Positions 25,201 through 38,106 of a DNA stretch of 64,000 nt are shown piece by piece. Position 1 is the stretch's first letter. Each line of letters opens with the position of its first letter. The stretch spans positions 744,001-808,000 of the forward strand of contig OZ218958.1 of the NCBI GenBank assembly GCA_965112735.1. The letters are read 5' to 3'. Below the pieces are notes generated by a model that saw only the letters and a list, made by a program, of their open reading frames with translations, made no database searches and was not told the DNA's origin. The DNA is from Phaeosaccion multiseriatum. Lineage: Eukaryota > Protista > Ochrophyta, other classes. The translations under genes were made by a program, and so were the position numbers.

Positions 25201-28200
25201 ACGGCGTGTACAGAGACATTAAGGACTTCGCTGCGGAGGTGCGCCTCACATTCGACAACGCCATGGCATACAACCCAGACGATGGAGAGGTGAGTGCCAG
25301 TGTCATGGAAGGGTACATAGGGGTACGTAAAGGTTATACATGCACATGGAAACTATTTCCTTAGAAACGGGTTACCATCATGTATTAACCTTCTCCTCTC
25401 CTTCTCTGCTCTGCTCTGCATCTATGTACGTACGTACGAACGCACACACACACACGCGTACAATCGCACAAAAGGTGTACCCGGTAGCCCAGCAGATGAA
25501 GCAGCAGTTCGAGATCGACTGGGCGCAACTCCTGCAAAACATCGACGCGGACGAGGAGAAGCGCAAGAAGGACGGAGAGTCCTGCATCCTGTGCGGCTTT
25601 GGACAACTCAACTTTGAGCCCATGACTTACTACTGCAACGGACCCAACTGCAACGGGCAGCGCATCCGTCGCAAAAGTCACTATTACACAGACAGCAGCA
25701 ACAAGTATCACTGGTGTCAGCAGTGCCATGGAGATCTCAAGGACGGACAGGTGGGTGGGTTTGGGTATATGGGTTTTTGGGGTGGGGTAGGGTGTGGGTG
25801 GGGTGGAGTGGGTGGGGTAATGCGGGGGTGGGGCAAAGCATGCCCTGTGGTGTGTGTGACTCAACTCCACGTGAACCCACTGCCCAGGGGCTACTTCTGA
25901 AACTGTATCCGCACACACACTCACGCACACACCCTCACCCTCTCTCTCTCTCTCCCCACACGCCAGCCCATCGCGCTGTGCGAGGTGACTCTGCAGAAGA
26001 AGGACTTGAGCAGACGAAAGAACGACGAGACGCACGAGGAGCCCTGGGTGGAGTGCGACCAGTGCAAGCAGTGGGTGCATCAGATCTGCGCCCTCTTCAA
26101 CACCAGACAGGTGTGTGGTGTGTGGTGTGTGGTGTGTGGTGTATCACCAACTTGTGGTGCTGGACTGTATCGCTGCTGTGCGGGCATATATCCGTATGAC
26201 CGACTGCTGTGCTTTACGCTCGCACCTGCTTACTGACTGGAGCTTTAGCATGACCTGACGTGTTTTTGTTGCGGTCAGGATAGGCTTCCATTCCATGGCG
26301 TTATGTGTGTATGTACCCCGACGTGTTTTTCGCCGTTCGCGCCTTCAGTAGCGGGGTGATTGTCAAAATCGGGGCAGAGAAAATACAAAGCCCGCCGGGT
26401 AACCGCCTGGCAGGGTAGGGCTTGGTTCATGTCTGACAAGCGGGATTGTCGCCCCTCCTCGTGGGGGGTGACAACGTATCCATGCCTGTCCTATTCGAAG
26501 CGCAAATTCTTGTTTCTTTTGTTCTTTCTGTCAAAAGGCTTTTTGTGTCCGACCATTTGCCATGTGTTAGGAAAGAAGCCCTGATCCTCGTCTCCCTTCT
26601 TCCTCTCTCCCTCCGTCCATCCGCTGCCATCCCTCCCTCCCCCCTATATACCCCAACCTCGACCCCTATATACCCCAACCCCACCTACTACAGAACACGC
26701 ACGACCAAGCCGCGTACACATGCCCCAAGTGCATCCTGCACAACCGCCGTGTGTCGGGCAACCTCAACCCCACGGCCCACAAGCTCTGTGCCAAGGACTT
26801 GCCGCACACGCCCTTCTCTAAATACCTCGAGGACAGGGTGCAAAAGATGCTGCAGGCGGAGTATGTAAAGCAAGCCAAGAGGGATGGCGTGCCCATAGCA
26901 CAAGTGGAGAAGGCGGGCACGCTGTACATTAAGCAGGTGCGTGTGGATGCGTGTGGATGGGTGTGGATGCGTGTGTGTGTGTGTGTGTGTGTGTTTGTTT
27001 GAGTATACTCTCTCTGTCCTGACACCCCTCTCTCTGTCTTGTCCTGACACCCTCTCACTGTCTCTGTCCTGACACCCTCTCATTCTCTCCTGACGCCCTC
27101 TGTCCTGATACCCTCCCTCCCTCTGTCCTGACACTCAGGTGTCTAGCCTGGACGTGAAGCATGTAGTGCGGCCCAACATGTTCAAGCGTTACAAGAAGCT
27201 GTACCCCGACTTTCCCATGGAGTACCCAGCCAGGAGCAAGTGTGTGCTACTCTTCCAGGTGAGAGGGGCAGAGGGAGAGGGTGCAGGAGGGGGAGGGTGA
27301 GAGAAATGAAGGGAGGGAGGGAGAGGAGAGGGAGAGGATGTGGCAGAGGAAGAGGGAGAGGAGGTGCCGGAGGAGGTACCGCAGGAAGTTGAAGCCGAGG
27401 ACGAGCGAAGGGCTCACGCTTTCTTCGATATTAAAGGGGCCAAACTAACCAAACGCTGCTGCTGCTCTTCCTCCTCATATGTACCCGTGTCCCTGTATCC
27501 CTATATCCCATCCCAGGACTTGGACGGCGTGGACGTGCTTCTCTTCGGCATGTACGTGTACGAGTACGGCCACGCCTGCCCCGTCAACAACCACCGCCGC
27601 GTCTACATCTCGTACCTGGACTCTGTGCATTACTTCCGCCCTCGTCAGTACCGCACTGCCGTGTATCACGAGACGCTAGTGGCCTACCTGGAGTACGTGC
27701 GGCGGAGGGGCTTCCACACGGCGCATCTGTGGGCCTGTCCACCGCTCAAGGGGGATGACTACATTCTGTACTGTCATCCCGAGGATCAGAAGACTCCCAA
27801 GGACGACCGTCTGCAGCAGTGGTATGTGACCTTGTTGGAGAAGGCCAAGGAGGCAGGGGCGGTGATGACAATTGGCAATCTCTATGACGACTACTGGAAG
27901 GACGACAATGACGCCTCTAGCCTGCCCTACTTTGAGGGTGATTATTGGGTGGGTGAGGCAGAGAACCTCATTAAGGATATTGAGGATGCCGCTTCGGACA
28001 GCAGCAAGAAGGGGGGTGACGCGGGCAAGAAGGGAGGGACTTCGAAGAACAAGACCAAGAAGAAGAACAACAACAGGGGGGGCAGGGGCGGGGGGGGGGG
28101 CAGGGACAAGCCAGGGGCGGATGGGAAGCACGGGAGCAGCGATGCGCTGATGCAGAGGCTTGGGGAGATTATTGAGCCCATGAAGACGGGCTTCCTTACG

Positions 28201-29261
28201 GCGGCGCTGCTGCCTGACAGTTTCAGAATAGAGTGTGCCGAGCGGAGGCACAAGGAGGTGGCGATCACCAAGGCGAAGGAGACGGTGGCGGAGATGCAGG
28301 GGAGGGGGCAAACGCCGGAGCCGAGCTTGGTGGCACTGGCAGACACACCTATTGCCAAGGATGAGACGGACGAGCAGGAGGAGCGGATGGAGTGCGAAGA
28401 TTTTGACACACGCCAGGCCTTCCTCAACCTGTGCCAGGGCAATCACTACCAGTTTGACCAGGTCAGACGTGCCAAGCACAGCAGCATGATGGTTCTGTAT
28501 CACTTGTGCAACCCCGACGCACCCAAGTTCCTTCCCGTGTGCTCGGGCTGCTCCAAGGAGATACACACCGGCACCAGGCATCGCTGTGAGGTACGGAGGG
28601 AGGGAGAGAGGAGATGGGGAAGGTGGGCGGGGAGGGATATGGACACAGGGAGGAGGGAAGGGAGGGAGACCCTCTGCACTCAGTTCTCCGCCTCTTCATT
28701 CCTATTCGTGTCAACATTCTGCACGTCAGTTCTAACCCCTCTTGCTCCCTCTCTCTGGTCTGCCCTCTCTCTCTCTCTCTCTTCTCCGACCTCTTCTCTC
28801 TCTGCCTCTCTCCCCCTCTTCCGAGCACAGACGTGTAACGACTTTGAGCTGTGCAGTGATTGCGTCGGCACCGTCTCGCACCCCCACCCCCTCAAGGCTC
28901 AGGCTGTGAGCAAGGCGACAGGCACGAGCCAACCGCAGATGACAGAGGCCCAACGCGCAGAGAGGAAGCGCACCATCGCTCTGCACATGAAGCTGCTCAT
29001 GCATGCCTCCACGTGTAAGAACGCCGTGTGTCCGTCTGAGAACTGCTCTCGCATGAAGAACCTTCTGCAGCACGGGGCCACCTGCCAAGTTCGCACCTCG
29101 GGAGGCTGCCATGTGTGTCGCCGCATCTGGGCGCTGCTGCAGATCCACGCTCGTCAGTGCAACAGGTGAGTGAGAGAGAGAGAGGGAGGGAGGGGAGTTG
29201 AGGGGGGCGAAAGGGTCGGCCGGACGGTCTGGAGAGGAGTGGACTGACTGTGAATCGAGTG

Positions 29262-29324
<63 letters not shown>

Positions 29325-29721
29325 CCCTCCGTTCCTCGAGGGGTCCCTTCCTCTGTCAATGAGCTTCCTCTGTCAATGAGGAAGACGCAGTTTAGTTTCA
29401 AACACACACGCTCACGCACAAGCACAAGCACACAACGCACACACACACACACACGCACACACACACACGCAACACACGACACAACAAAAGTCTGACTTTC
29501 ACTCGCTCGACCTTGCCTCTTCTTCTCTCTCGCTCCTTCTCCACGCACGCGCGCACCCACGCAGACCCAAGTGTGAAGTGCCCAAGTGCAACCTTCTTCG
29601 CGAGCACATGAGGCAACTTGCGCAGCAGCAAGCGCAGATGGACAACCGGCGGCGGCAGGCCATGAACGAGTTCTACAGAGACAGAAGACTGGCGGCGGCA
29701 GGGGGGGGCGCGCCGTCATAG
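19107..29721 (+). CDS. CBP: CBP/p300-type histone acetyltransferase (KIX-like, TAZ, bromodomain, PHD, KAT11 HAT, ZZ, TAZ2)
   Basis: Ala/Pro/Gly and poly-Q N-terminus; KIX-like [17 protein letters not shown]; [19 protein letters not shown]; bromodomain [21 protein letters not shown]|[11 protein letters not shown]; [20 protein letters not shown]; [43 protein letters not shown]; ZZ CSGC..CE|TCNDFELC; TAZ2; stop TAG 29719-29721. Start codon less certain. Confidence 0.95.
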
Positions 29722-31445
29722 CATTTGTGTCTTGGGGCGCCAGGGGGCCGGGCCGCAATTAAGCAGCAGCACAGCAGCAGCAGCAGCAGCGGCAGCAGCA
29801 GCAGCAGTAGCAGTTGGTTATATGGAGGACCCGAGGTGTGCGTGTGTCTTTGCGCCGTTGTGTGTATATACGGCCATGCTCCGCATCCTTCAGCAGGACT
29901 AGGAAGGGACAGCGAGCAGCAGGCAGTAGGAGAGGATCGGATCGGCCTCTCCCTACTGGTGGAGGGGTGTGGTCACGGTGTGGTCACTCACCTTCTCCAT
30001 GTTCCACTCCCATCCCGCCTTCCACCCTCTGTGGATGTCCTCAAGGGAGGGAGACGACGAGGTGATGTGACGGCGCACATGCACGTACCGACCGCTCTAC
30101 AGAGGAGCCACTCCGAGCCTTTTGTCCTTTTGGTCAGGTCAGACACAGGGTACCGGGGGGGGCACCGGGTAGACGGAGGTCCTGTTTCTGCGGAGGCCAG
30201 TTTAGGCTGTGGTCAGAGATACACCTGCAGAGACCAAGGGCTGTGGTCAGAGATAGTCACACATGTTACCGTGTTGGATGTGTATTTTAGACAGGGAGGG
30301 GGGGGGCAGCGGAGTATAATACCATTAGAACGTAGTGGGGGTTTTTGTGTAGGGAGAGGGGTGGACAGGAGTGGAAGAGGGAGGAAGGGAGATAGGGGGA
30401 GAGGGAGAGGGGAGGACAGTGGTGGAACATGTGAGGCCCGAGAGAGAGGAGAGAGCAGCCGAGCAAGCAGCAGCGCCCTTTTCTCGTGGGGGAGGAGGGG
30501 GGGGGGTGTTTTGCTCGAGTTGGGCACTTTGGTACAATGTCTGCAATGGGCAAGACAAGACCAGGCATGAGCAGACAAGACCTGATTGGCTATACCTAAG
30601 CAGCTCACGGTGAGAGAATTGAGACCGATCCAAGCGCCGAGGAGGGCATCCGAGCGAAGCATGGAGGAGGATCGAGTCAACGACCGGAATTTCCTCATTG
30701 ATACTAATCCTAAATTTATACAGTCTTTCTTACCAAGCGCTCTGAGCGAACCCACTCCCATGGATTAGGGGTGTCATCTTACGTGTGACTCTTTGACTTC
30801 TCTCCACCCGCTGCTTCCCAAACGAATGCCGAACAAGAGCTGCCCCTCTTGCGCCGCTCGAAGCGTATCATCGTGCTGATGCTAAAAATACTTACATATT
30901 CTACTTAGTGGCTTGCTGGCTAGAGAATAGCCACACCTTGCTTACATCGCTCCAGCCCCTCTGAGCGGCCACCAGCCGCGCATTGATGCTTGCTCAGTGG
31001 TGCCTGCGGAATCGCTTCGGCAGCAGCACCTCGTCCCCCAGCCACACGGAAGGCCTTCCTCTTCTTGGCTAGCTACACGAGTGCCGCCGGGCTGCTTCCC
31101 CCCTTCTTCTTCGCGCCCACGAGCAGCTCGAGAGCAGCAGCCGCAGGACGAGTGGCGGTGTGCGGCTTCCTCGCTCCTCGCATTCCTCGCTTCCTTCTTG
31201 CCTCCCAAGGGCGCCTCCTCTCCTCCTCCTCGCGGCCATCGCGGGGGCGGGGCAGGGCGCCTTCCTGAGTGGTGCCTCTCTTCTCAGTCCTCTCCCTGCT
31301 GATGCGTGCATGCCGTTGATTCACCCCGCCCCCCCCCCCTCGCCTGTTTATTCGACTCCTGTTGCGCTGTTGGACTCCCCCCCCCCCCCCCCGGAACGCT
31401 ATTAGCTATTGATGCGTGCCAACGGACCTATGGCGCAGCTTTCGG

Positions 31446-31484
31446 CGATAGCTCAATAGCGCAATAGCGCATCAGGGGTCGATC
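31446..31484. repeat. Dispersed element, copy C (ATAGC repeats + CAGGGGTCGAT)
   Basis: CGATAGCTCAATAGCGCAATAGCGCATCAGGGGTCGATC has the same ATAG(C/T)GC..CAGGGGTCG end as 9080-9097 and as the reverse complement of 6430-6448. Confidence 0.6.
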
Positions 31485-31804
31485 GAGCTTATCACACTCT
31501 CCAACGCGGCAGAGCTTCCCCTGTGTTCCGTGCGGAAACGTAACCGTTACCGTTACGCGGACATCACTGTGGATCGACTCTTTAAGCACCCTTCAACGCG
31601 GCAGAGCTTGCTTTCTCTGTGGCCCCTGAGCCACGCACACACGCACACACCGCCTCCGATGGTTTGCTTCTGTCAACCTTCAACGCAGCATCGCTTCCTT
31701 CCTGGCTGTTGACTTGAGCCCCAATGTGGGACATTGCACACACCACAGAACCACCTTGCTCGGCCCGCTTTTGACATCCTTCTACGCGGTATGAGCGGTT
31801 CAAG

Positions 31805-32249
31805 GGTCTGCCGGCTTGTGTTCACACCTTCCAGCCAGCTGGTCTGCTGGCTTGTTCACACCTTCCAACTAGCTGGTCTGCTGGCTTGTTCACACCTTCC
31901 AACTAGCTGGTCTGCTGGCTTGTTCACACCTTCCAACTAGCTGGTCTGCTGGCTTGTTCACACCTTCCAACTAGCTGGTCTGCTAGCATGTTTACACCTT
32001 CCAACTAGCTGGTCTGCTGGCTTGTTCACACCTTCCAACCAGCTGGTCTGCTGGCTTGTTCACACCTTCCAACTCGCTGGTCTGCTGGCTTGTTCACACC
32101 TTCCAACTAGCTGGTCTGCTGGCTTGTTCACACCTTCCAACCAGCTGGTCTGCTGGCATGTTCACACCTTCCAACTAGCTGGTCTGCTGGCTTGTTCACG
32201 CCTTCCAACTAGCTGGTCTGCTGGCTTGTTCACACCTTCCAACCAGCTG
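31805..32249. repeat. 34-bp minisatellite, 12 full plus 2 partial copies
   Basis: Unit CCTTCCAACTAGCTGGTCTGCTGGCTTGTTCACA starts at 31827, 31861, 31895 ... 32201, 32235 (exact 34-bp period), with few substitutions and no spacers. Confidence 0.97.
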
Positions 32250-32700
32250 ACTAGTTGGCTCATGGTCAAAGGTCAGCACCTGGCTTCTCGCCTCTGGCCG
32301 TTCGTCGCTGCAAAGGGGGGTGGGGGGGAGCTTCACCGGAGGCCTGAGAAACCCTGCCTGGCGCCCGCTGCTCATGTGTATCTTCCTATCATTCATCGGC
32401 GTTGATTCTTTTGTTCCGCGGTGGGGGCGGACCAAAAGGAGCAGCCCAATTGCCTGAGGAACTAGGTCGGCTGTCTGCCCATATGCTTACCGCTGCGACC
32501 ACTGTTGCTGGGGCTGCCCTTGACCCATGCAATGCCGCTGCTGCCCTTGCCCTGCCTGCTTTTGATTGAGGGGTTGGGTGGCAGGCACCTTCTCGTTCTC
32601 CGCTTGGCGACGACTTGTTGCAAAGGCTATACCACCACCCCCTGCCCCTTCTCCATCTCCTTTTCTCAGCACTGATAGCTTGCCCAATGCTTGTAACTCT

Positions 32701-33266
32701 CCTCCTCCTCCTCCTCCTCCTCCTCCTCCTCCTCCTCCTCCTCCTCCTCCTCCTCCTCCTCCTCCTCCTCCTCCTCCTCCTCCTCCTCCTCCTCCTCCTC
32801 CTCCTCCTCCTCCTCCTCCTCCTCCTCCTCCTCCTCCTCCTCCTCCTCCTCCTCCTCCTCCTCCTCCTCCTCCTCCTCCTCCTCCTCCTCCTCCTCATCC
32901 TCCTGCTCCTCCTTCTCCTCCTCCTCCTCCTCCTCCTCCTCCTCATCCTCCTCCACCACCACCACCTCCTCCTCCTCCTCCTCCTCCTCCTCCTCCTCCT
33001 CCTCCTCCTCCTCCTGCTCCTCCTCATCCTCCTCCTCCACCACCACCACCTCCTCCTCCTCCTCCTCCTCCTCCTCCTCCTCCTCATCCTCCTCCACCAC
33101 CACCACCTCCTCCTCCTCCTCCTCCTCCTCCTCCTGCTCCTCCTCATCCTCCTCCTCCACCACCACCACCTCCTCCTCCTCCTCCTCCTCCTCCTCCTCC
33201 TCCTCCTCCTCCTCCTCCTCCTCCTGCTCCTCCTCCTCCTCCTCCTCCTCCTCCTCCTCCTCCTCC
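32701..33266. repeat. (CCT/AGG)n trinucleotide tract, about 570 bp, with CAT/GCT/CCA variants
   Basis: Pure (CCT)65 at 32701-32895, followed by recurring blocks containing CCT-CAT-CCT..(CCA)4; overlaps the end of the minus-strand REC gene. Confidence 0.97.
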
Positions 33267-33745
33267 TCTCGGACAGATAGCTCCGGAGCACCTCCCTATT
33301 GGCTTTGCGCCCTCCACGTGGTAGCCCTCCAGAATACCGCGAAAGGCATTCACATCCAGAGGCTTACGCAGAACATCAAGGGCTCCTGCATCAAGGCAAA
33401 CATTATACAGGTCCTCTCCCTCGAGGCCGGATATCACCACCACGGGAACATCGGATAGAGGTGGGCCGTAGTCTCTAAGGGCTTGCATAAGCTCGATTCC
33501 GTCCATCTGAGGCATCACAATGTCCGTCAGCACAACACTGAATTTGTACTTGTCCACATTTCTGCAGAGGGGAGGGAGGGGAGGGGAGAGGGAGGGAAGG
33601 AAGGAGAGAGGGGGGGAGGGAGGGACGGAGGGAGGGAGGGGAGGGGAGGGGAGGGGAGGAAGGGAGCGAAGGCTGGATGGTGAGTGTACAGCCGATTCTA
33701 GAAACAAGCAAAGCCAAGCACAACGACACTGCCTGACATCGATGT

Positions 33746-33788
<43 letters not shown>

Positions 33789-35407
33789 AACAGCACACAC
33801 ACACGCACACATACACGCACACATACACGCACACGCACACACACACGCAAACACACATACACACTCACACACACGCACGCACACACACGCACACACACAC
33901 GCATACGCACACACGCACACACACCTCATCATGTCCAGCGCCTCTCGTCCGTTGCTCGCCGTCTCCACCGGGAACCCAAGCGCCTGGAGCTTCCTCCTCC
34001 CAATAGTGAGCGACACATTTGAGTCCTCGACCAGCAACACGTTGATCTTAGCCGCGGCAGCTGCGGCGTCTTGCTTGAGCTGGAGGTAGTGAAGGGCCAT
34101 CTGCTTTCTGCGCTTCTGGGCCCTTGACATGTGGGATGTTTTGTGCTTGCCCCTTCCTTTCTTCTTGCTCTTCTCATTTTCCTTGTCATTCTCCGTCTTC
34201 TTCTTCTTGTCGTTCTCGTCTTTTTCCACATCCTTCGCTTTGCTCTTCTCCCTCTTGTCCCCCCCCTCCCCCTCCCCCTCCCCCTCCCCCTCCCCCTCCC
34301 CCTCCTCCTCCTCCTCTCCCTGCTCCTGCTGCTTCGTCTCGACTGTGATGTCACTGCTGCTTGTATCAGTGCTCATCTCTGACGGAGTCGAAGGCAAGTC
34401 CTTGCACTCCGCCGTCATCTTCTTCTCCACCCGCTCCACAAAGCTCAGGCGGCTATTCGTCACCGCTGCTGAGGCCTTGTGAGCTGACATCACGACGTGA
34501 AGTAGACGGTCCCCTACCCGTTCAATGCTGCTCTCCTCCTCCTCCTCCTCCTCCTCCTCCTCCTCCTCCTCCTCCTCCTCCTCCTCCTCCTCCTCCTCCT
34601 CCTCCTCCTCCTCCTCTTCCTCCTCCTTCTTCTTGTTCTTCTTCTTGTTCTTCTTCTTTTTGCTCGCACCTAACTCCCCGCCTTCGGTTCCATCCTCCCT
34701 CTCCTCCTCTGGTCCGTCACTGTTGTCTTCGTCGGTGTAATTGATGCCATCCTCCTCCTCGCTATCATCATCATCCATACTACCGTTGCTATCGTCGCCA
34801 GTCGTGCCCTCGTCGTCGTCCTCCTCCTCTTCGTCGCCATCGACACCACCATCACCAACGCCTCCTTCCCTTCCATCGCCCTTGTCGTTACCACCAGCAG
34901 CAGCAGCAGCACCACCACCACCACCACCCTCGGCTAAGGCAGCAGCACGGGCAATCTCCTTGGTGAGATCAGCATGATGAGGCAGGGCGCCTTCGCTCCT
35001 CCCCTTCTTCCTCAACCTCCTGCTCCGCCGTCTCTCCGCCGCTCTTGCCTCCTTCTCTTGCCGTTTCTTGTTCTTTTCCATGCGCGCCTCTTTCCTGTGC
35101 CGAGCCATCGCATTGATGCGCTTCCGCTCCTCCTCGTCGTACTCGTGGGCGTCTTGGATGGTGTTGATTGCTTCGAGCATGTCGCCGAGCAGGTCTGAAA
35201 AGAACCGTTCCGTCGCCTCCTCTTCTTCGATCCCCGTATCCCTCGCTGTTGCTGCTGCTGTTGCTTTCGTTGCTGATGCTGCTGGAAATGATGCTAGTTT
35301 CTTCGTACTGGACTGCTGTATCCTTGACACATGCAATGGTGCTAATACTGCTCCTGATCCTGTTCGTGCTCCTGCTCCTGCTCCTCCTGCTGTTGTCGTC
35401 GTCTTCG

Positions 35408-35443
<36 letters not shown>

Positions 35444-38055
35444 TTTGCCCCTGTCCCTGATAGTATCGACACTGTGGCGAAGGGTCGTGCTCTCCTTCCT
35501 CCTCCACGAGGGTTTCCGAATCGTCGTCTCTCCAATACCAAATCACGCGCTTGCTCTCATCCAAGAGCACAAGACCCATGTTGGAAACCATCGTAACCCC
35601 CTCGGGACTCCCCGGGGGGATTCCCGATCCCTGGGAGCGCGGCGCCGCTGCTGCTGCTGCTGCTGCCGCCGTCGTCGGAGAGAGTGGCAGCTGCTCTGCT
35701 GCAGCTGGCGCCTCTTGGGGTGAAGCTACTTGCGAGTATGGCGAGACAGAGGATGATGATGGCCATGATGGTTGAGCTGGTTGCCCGGCGGCGCGCTGTT
35801 GCTGCTGCATCACCAACTGCTGCTGAGCCGACGGAGAACGTGTGGGGCCATCGATGTGTGAGAACCCCGGGGGGGAGGGGAGGGATGTAAGATGAACACA
35901 AACACGCAACAAAAAACACACATTCACCCACTCTAGACGTACCTCGCTTCTCTCCTCCTTCGCCCCCTCCTTCGTCTGTTCCTTGCTCGCCTCTCCCTCT
36001 TGTCCCTCTTCCTCGTCCTCCCCCTCGTCCTCCTCTTCCTCCTCCCTCGGTGGTGCTCGAAGATGTCCTCCGACATACATGAGTGACGTCACCAGCTTGT
36101 CACTATCGCTGAGAAGCCCGTACTTGAGACTCAGGCGGCGTTGAATGGTCTCCAGCACGTGGGGCGGATGTGCTCCCACCGCCAGGACCTTCGTGTCATA
36201 GGCATCGAGGGCGAGGACCCTGAGAGTGGGTGGATGGATGGGTGGGTTGGTGGGGTGGGTAGATAGGCAGGCAGGTAGATACGTAGGTAGGTATGCAGGT
36301 AGATACGTATGTATGTATGTAGGTAGATAGGTAGATAGGTAGGTAGGTAGGTAGGTAGGTAGGTAGGTAGGTATCCAGGTAGATACGTATGTAGGTAGGT
36401 AGGTAGGTAGATAGGAAGGAAGGAAGGAAGGAAGGAAGGAAGGAAGGAAGGAAGGAAGGTAGGTATGGAGGTAGGTACGTACGAATATGTGGTGCGGGCA
36501 AAGTCGAAGTCAGGTGGAATGGGTGCAAGGGTCGGCGAATGTGTTGGAGTGTTTCGGGAGCACTCCCTCCACACGTGCCATTGAGGGCAACCGAAACTCA
36601 CGTGCGATTGAGGGCAACCAAGAGCTTCTGTGTGTGATAGTCGAGAGCAATTTTTGTGTCAAGCAGCACGTCAATCACTGTGTCCGCATCATCATCGCCA
36701 CCCTGCTGTTGTTTTTGTTGACTTCTTCCTCCTTGCCCGCCGTCCGTGTGCTCCCCTCCGACTCCTTGCTTGCCGTTCCCCGATGGTCCTCGGTGATGCT
36801 CTGCTGCTGCTGCTGGTGGTGGTGAGGCGCTGGAAGGCAAAAGGGAGGGGGGTAGGCATGTGAAGAACGCCAGCAGGAGCTGAGGAAGGAAGGAAGGGAG
36901 GGAGGGAAGGAGGGAGGGAGAGAGGGGAGGGAGGGAGGGTCTTTAGCCAATCATTAAAGAAGGGATATTGGACAAGAAACCAAAAGACCAGAAAAGATAC
37001 ATAGATAGAGAGAGAGGTGAGGGGACGGAGAAGAGCGAGAGGCAGGGAGGGACATCCGATAATCAGGGAAGGGAGAGACGTTGGGGGGGGGGTGAGGCAA
37101 GTAAGGACTCATAGACAACCATCCCCTTGTCCTCTACGCGCAGCCCCAGCAGGGGGGCCTACAGCGATGGCAGTTCGTGGTCAGAAGGGCAAGGACGGGA
37201 CCGTTGGACCTTTCACGACGGACCACAGGGAGCGAGTTGAGAGGAGAAGCGACAGCCTCCTCCCCCCTGCCGGAGTCTCTCTCTCTGCCTCTGTCCATAT
37301 GCCTCCACCCATATACCCCTACCTCAGTCTCTGCCTCTGACTCTGCCTCTCTCTGTATCTCTGCGTATGTCAGCCTGGAATCCCCCCCCCCCCCCGCTCC
37401 TCGAATCCGCTCCTCCCCCCCTCCTTCTACCTCTATCTCTACTCTCCGTTCTCACCTTCTCGCCGTTGGGATGCTGATGCAGGACAAAATCGTTCCCTCT
37501 CTCATCTTTCAGAGAGAAATCCCTCGCTGGCTGACCAAGTTTAACCTTCACCTCCGACGGCCGAGGAATCATCGACCTCCTCCTGGCGGCAGGCAGAGCC
37601 GTATTCTTATTCTTGCTTACAACGCCGATGTGAGACTCTGGCTCTCCAGATGAACCCCGTATCGGAAACGCAAGAGGCTGTCGCCCAACACTAGAGGCTT
37701 GCCCCGGAGCTTGCTTGACGATGACGGAAGCTCCTCGCGGCTTCTCAGTGAGCTTCACGACATCCTCAGTCCTGTGCTCATGGAAGGTTGCGGCCTTTAC
37801 GAGCTTGCGCTGCCTCATCTTTAACCCACCGCCGCTGGTCGTATTAACATTGGGTGGTGGTGCACCCAGGAACCGAAAAGTCCCCTGGGGGGCTACTTCT
37901 GCGCCGCCCCCGGGGCCATCCGCACACACGGCCCCGGGGTAGGGTGAGGAGAGCTGCCCGTCGCCCTCTTCTCCAACTACGCTACTGGCAAGCACTACAC
38001 GAATCGGGGAGAGTGGTTCTAGCGTCGCAAGTGCCTCCTCCTCCTCCCCCTTCTC

Positions 38056-38106
<51 letters not shown>

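Noticed and set aside
29725-31405. Protein-coding genes in ORFs downstream of CBP (29725-30570, 30213-30761, 30586-30768)
   Set aside because: No recognisable domain, and trial splicing gave only very short products; probably UTR or intergenic, although a small gene cannot be excluded.
31805-32249. 34-bp repeats as a CRISPR array
   Set aside because: Units are directly adjacent with no unique spacers, no cas genes are present, and the context is eukaryotic.
32389-33324. ORF-track poly-R, poly-P, poly-L and poly-E proteins
   Set aside because: They are alternative readings of the (CCT)n tract; only the short poly-Gly end of the REC gene has support.
37110-37160. Extra exon ([13 protein letters not shown]) in the REC-Prx gene
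   Set aside because: It lacks a convincing donor, and direct joining GEK|LLLAFF matches the Prx consensus better.
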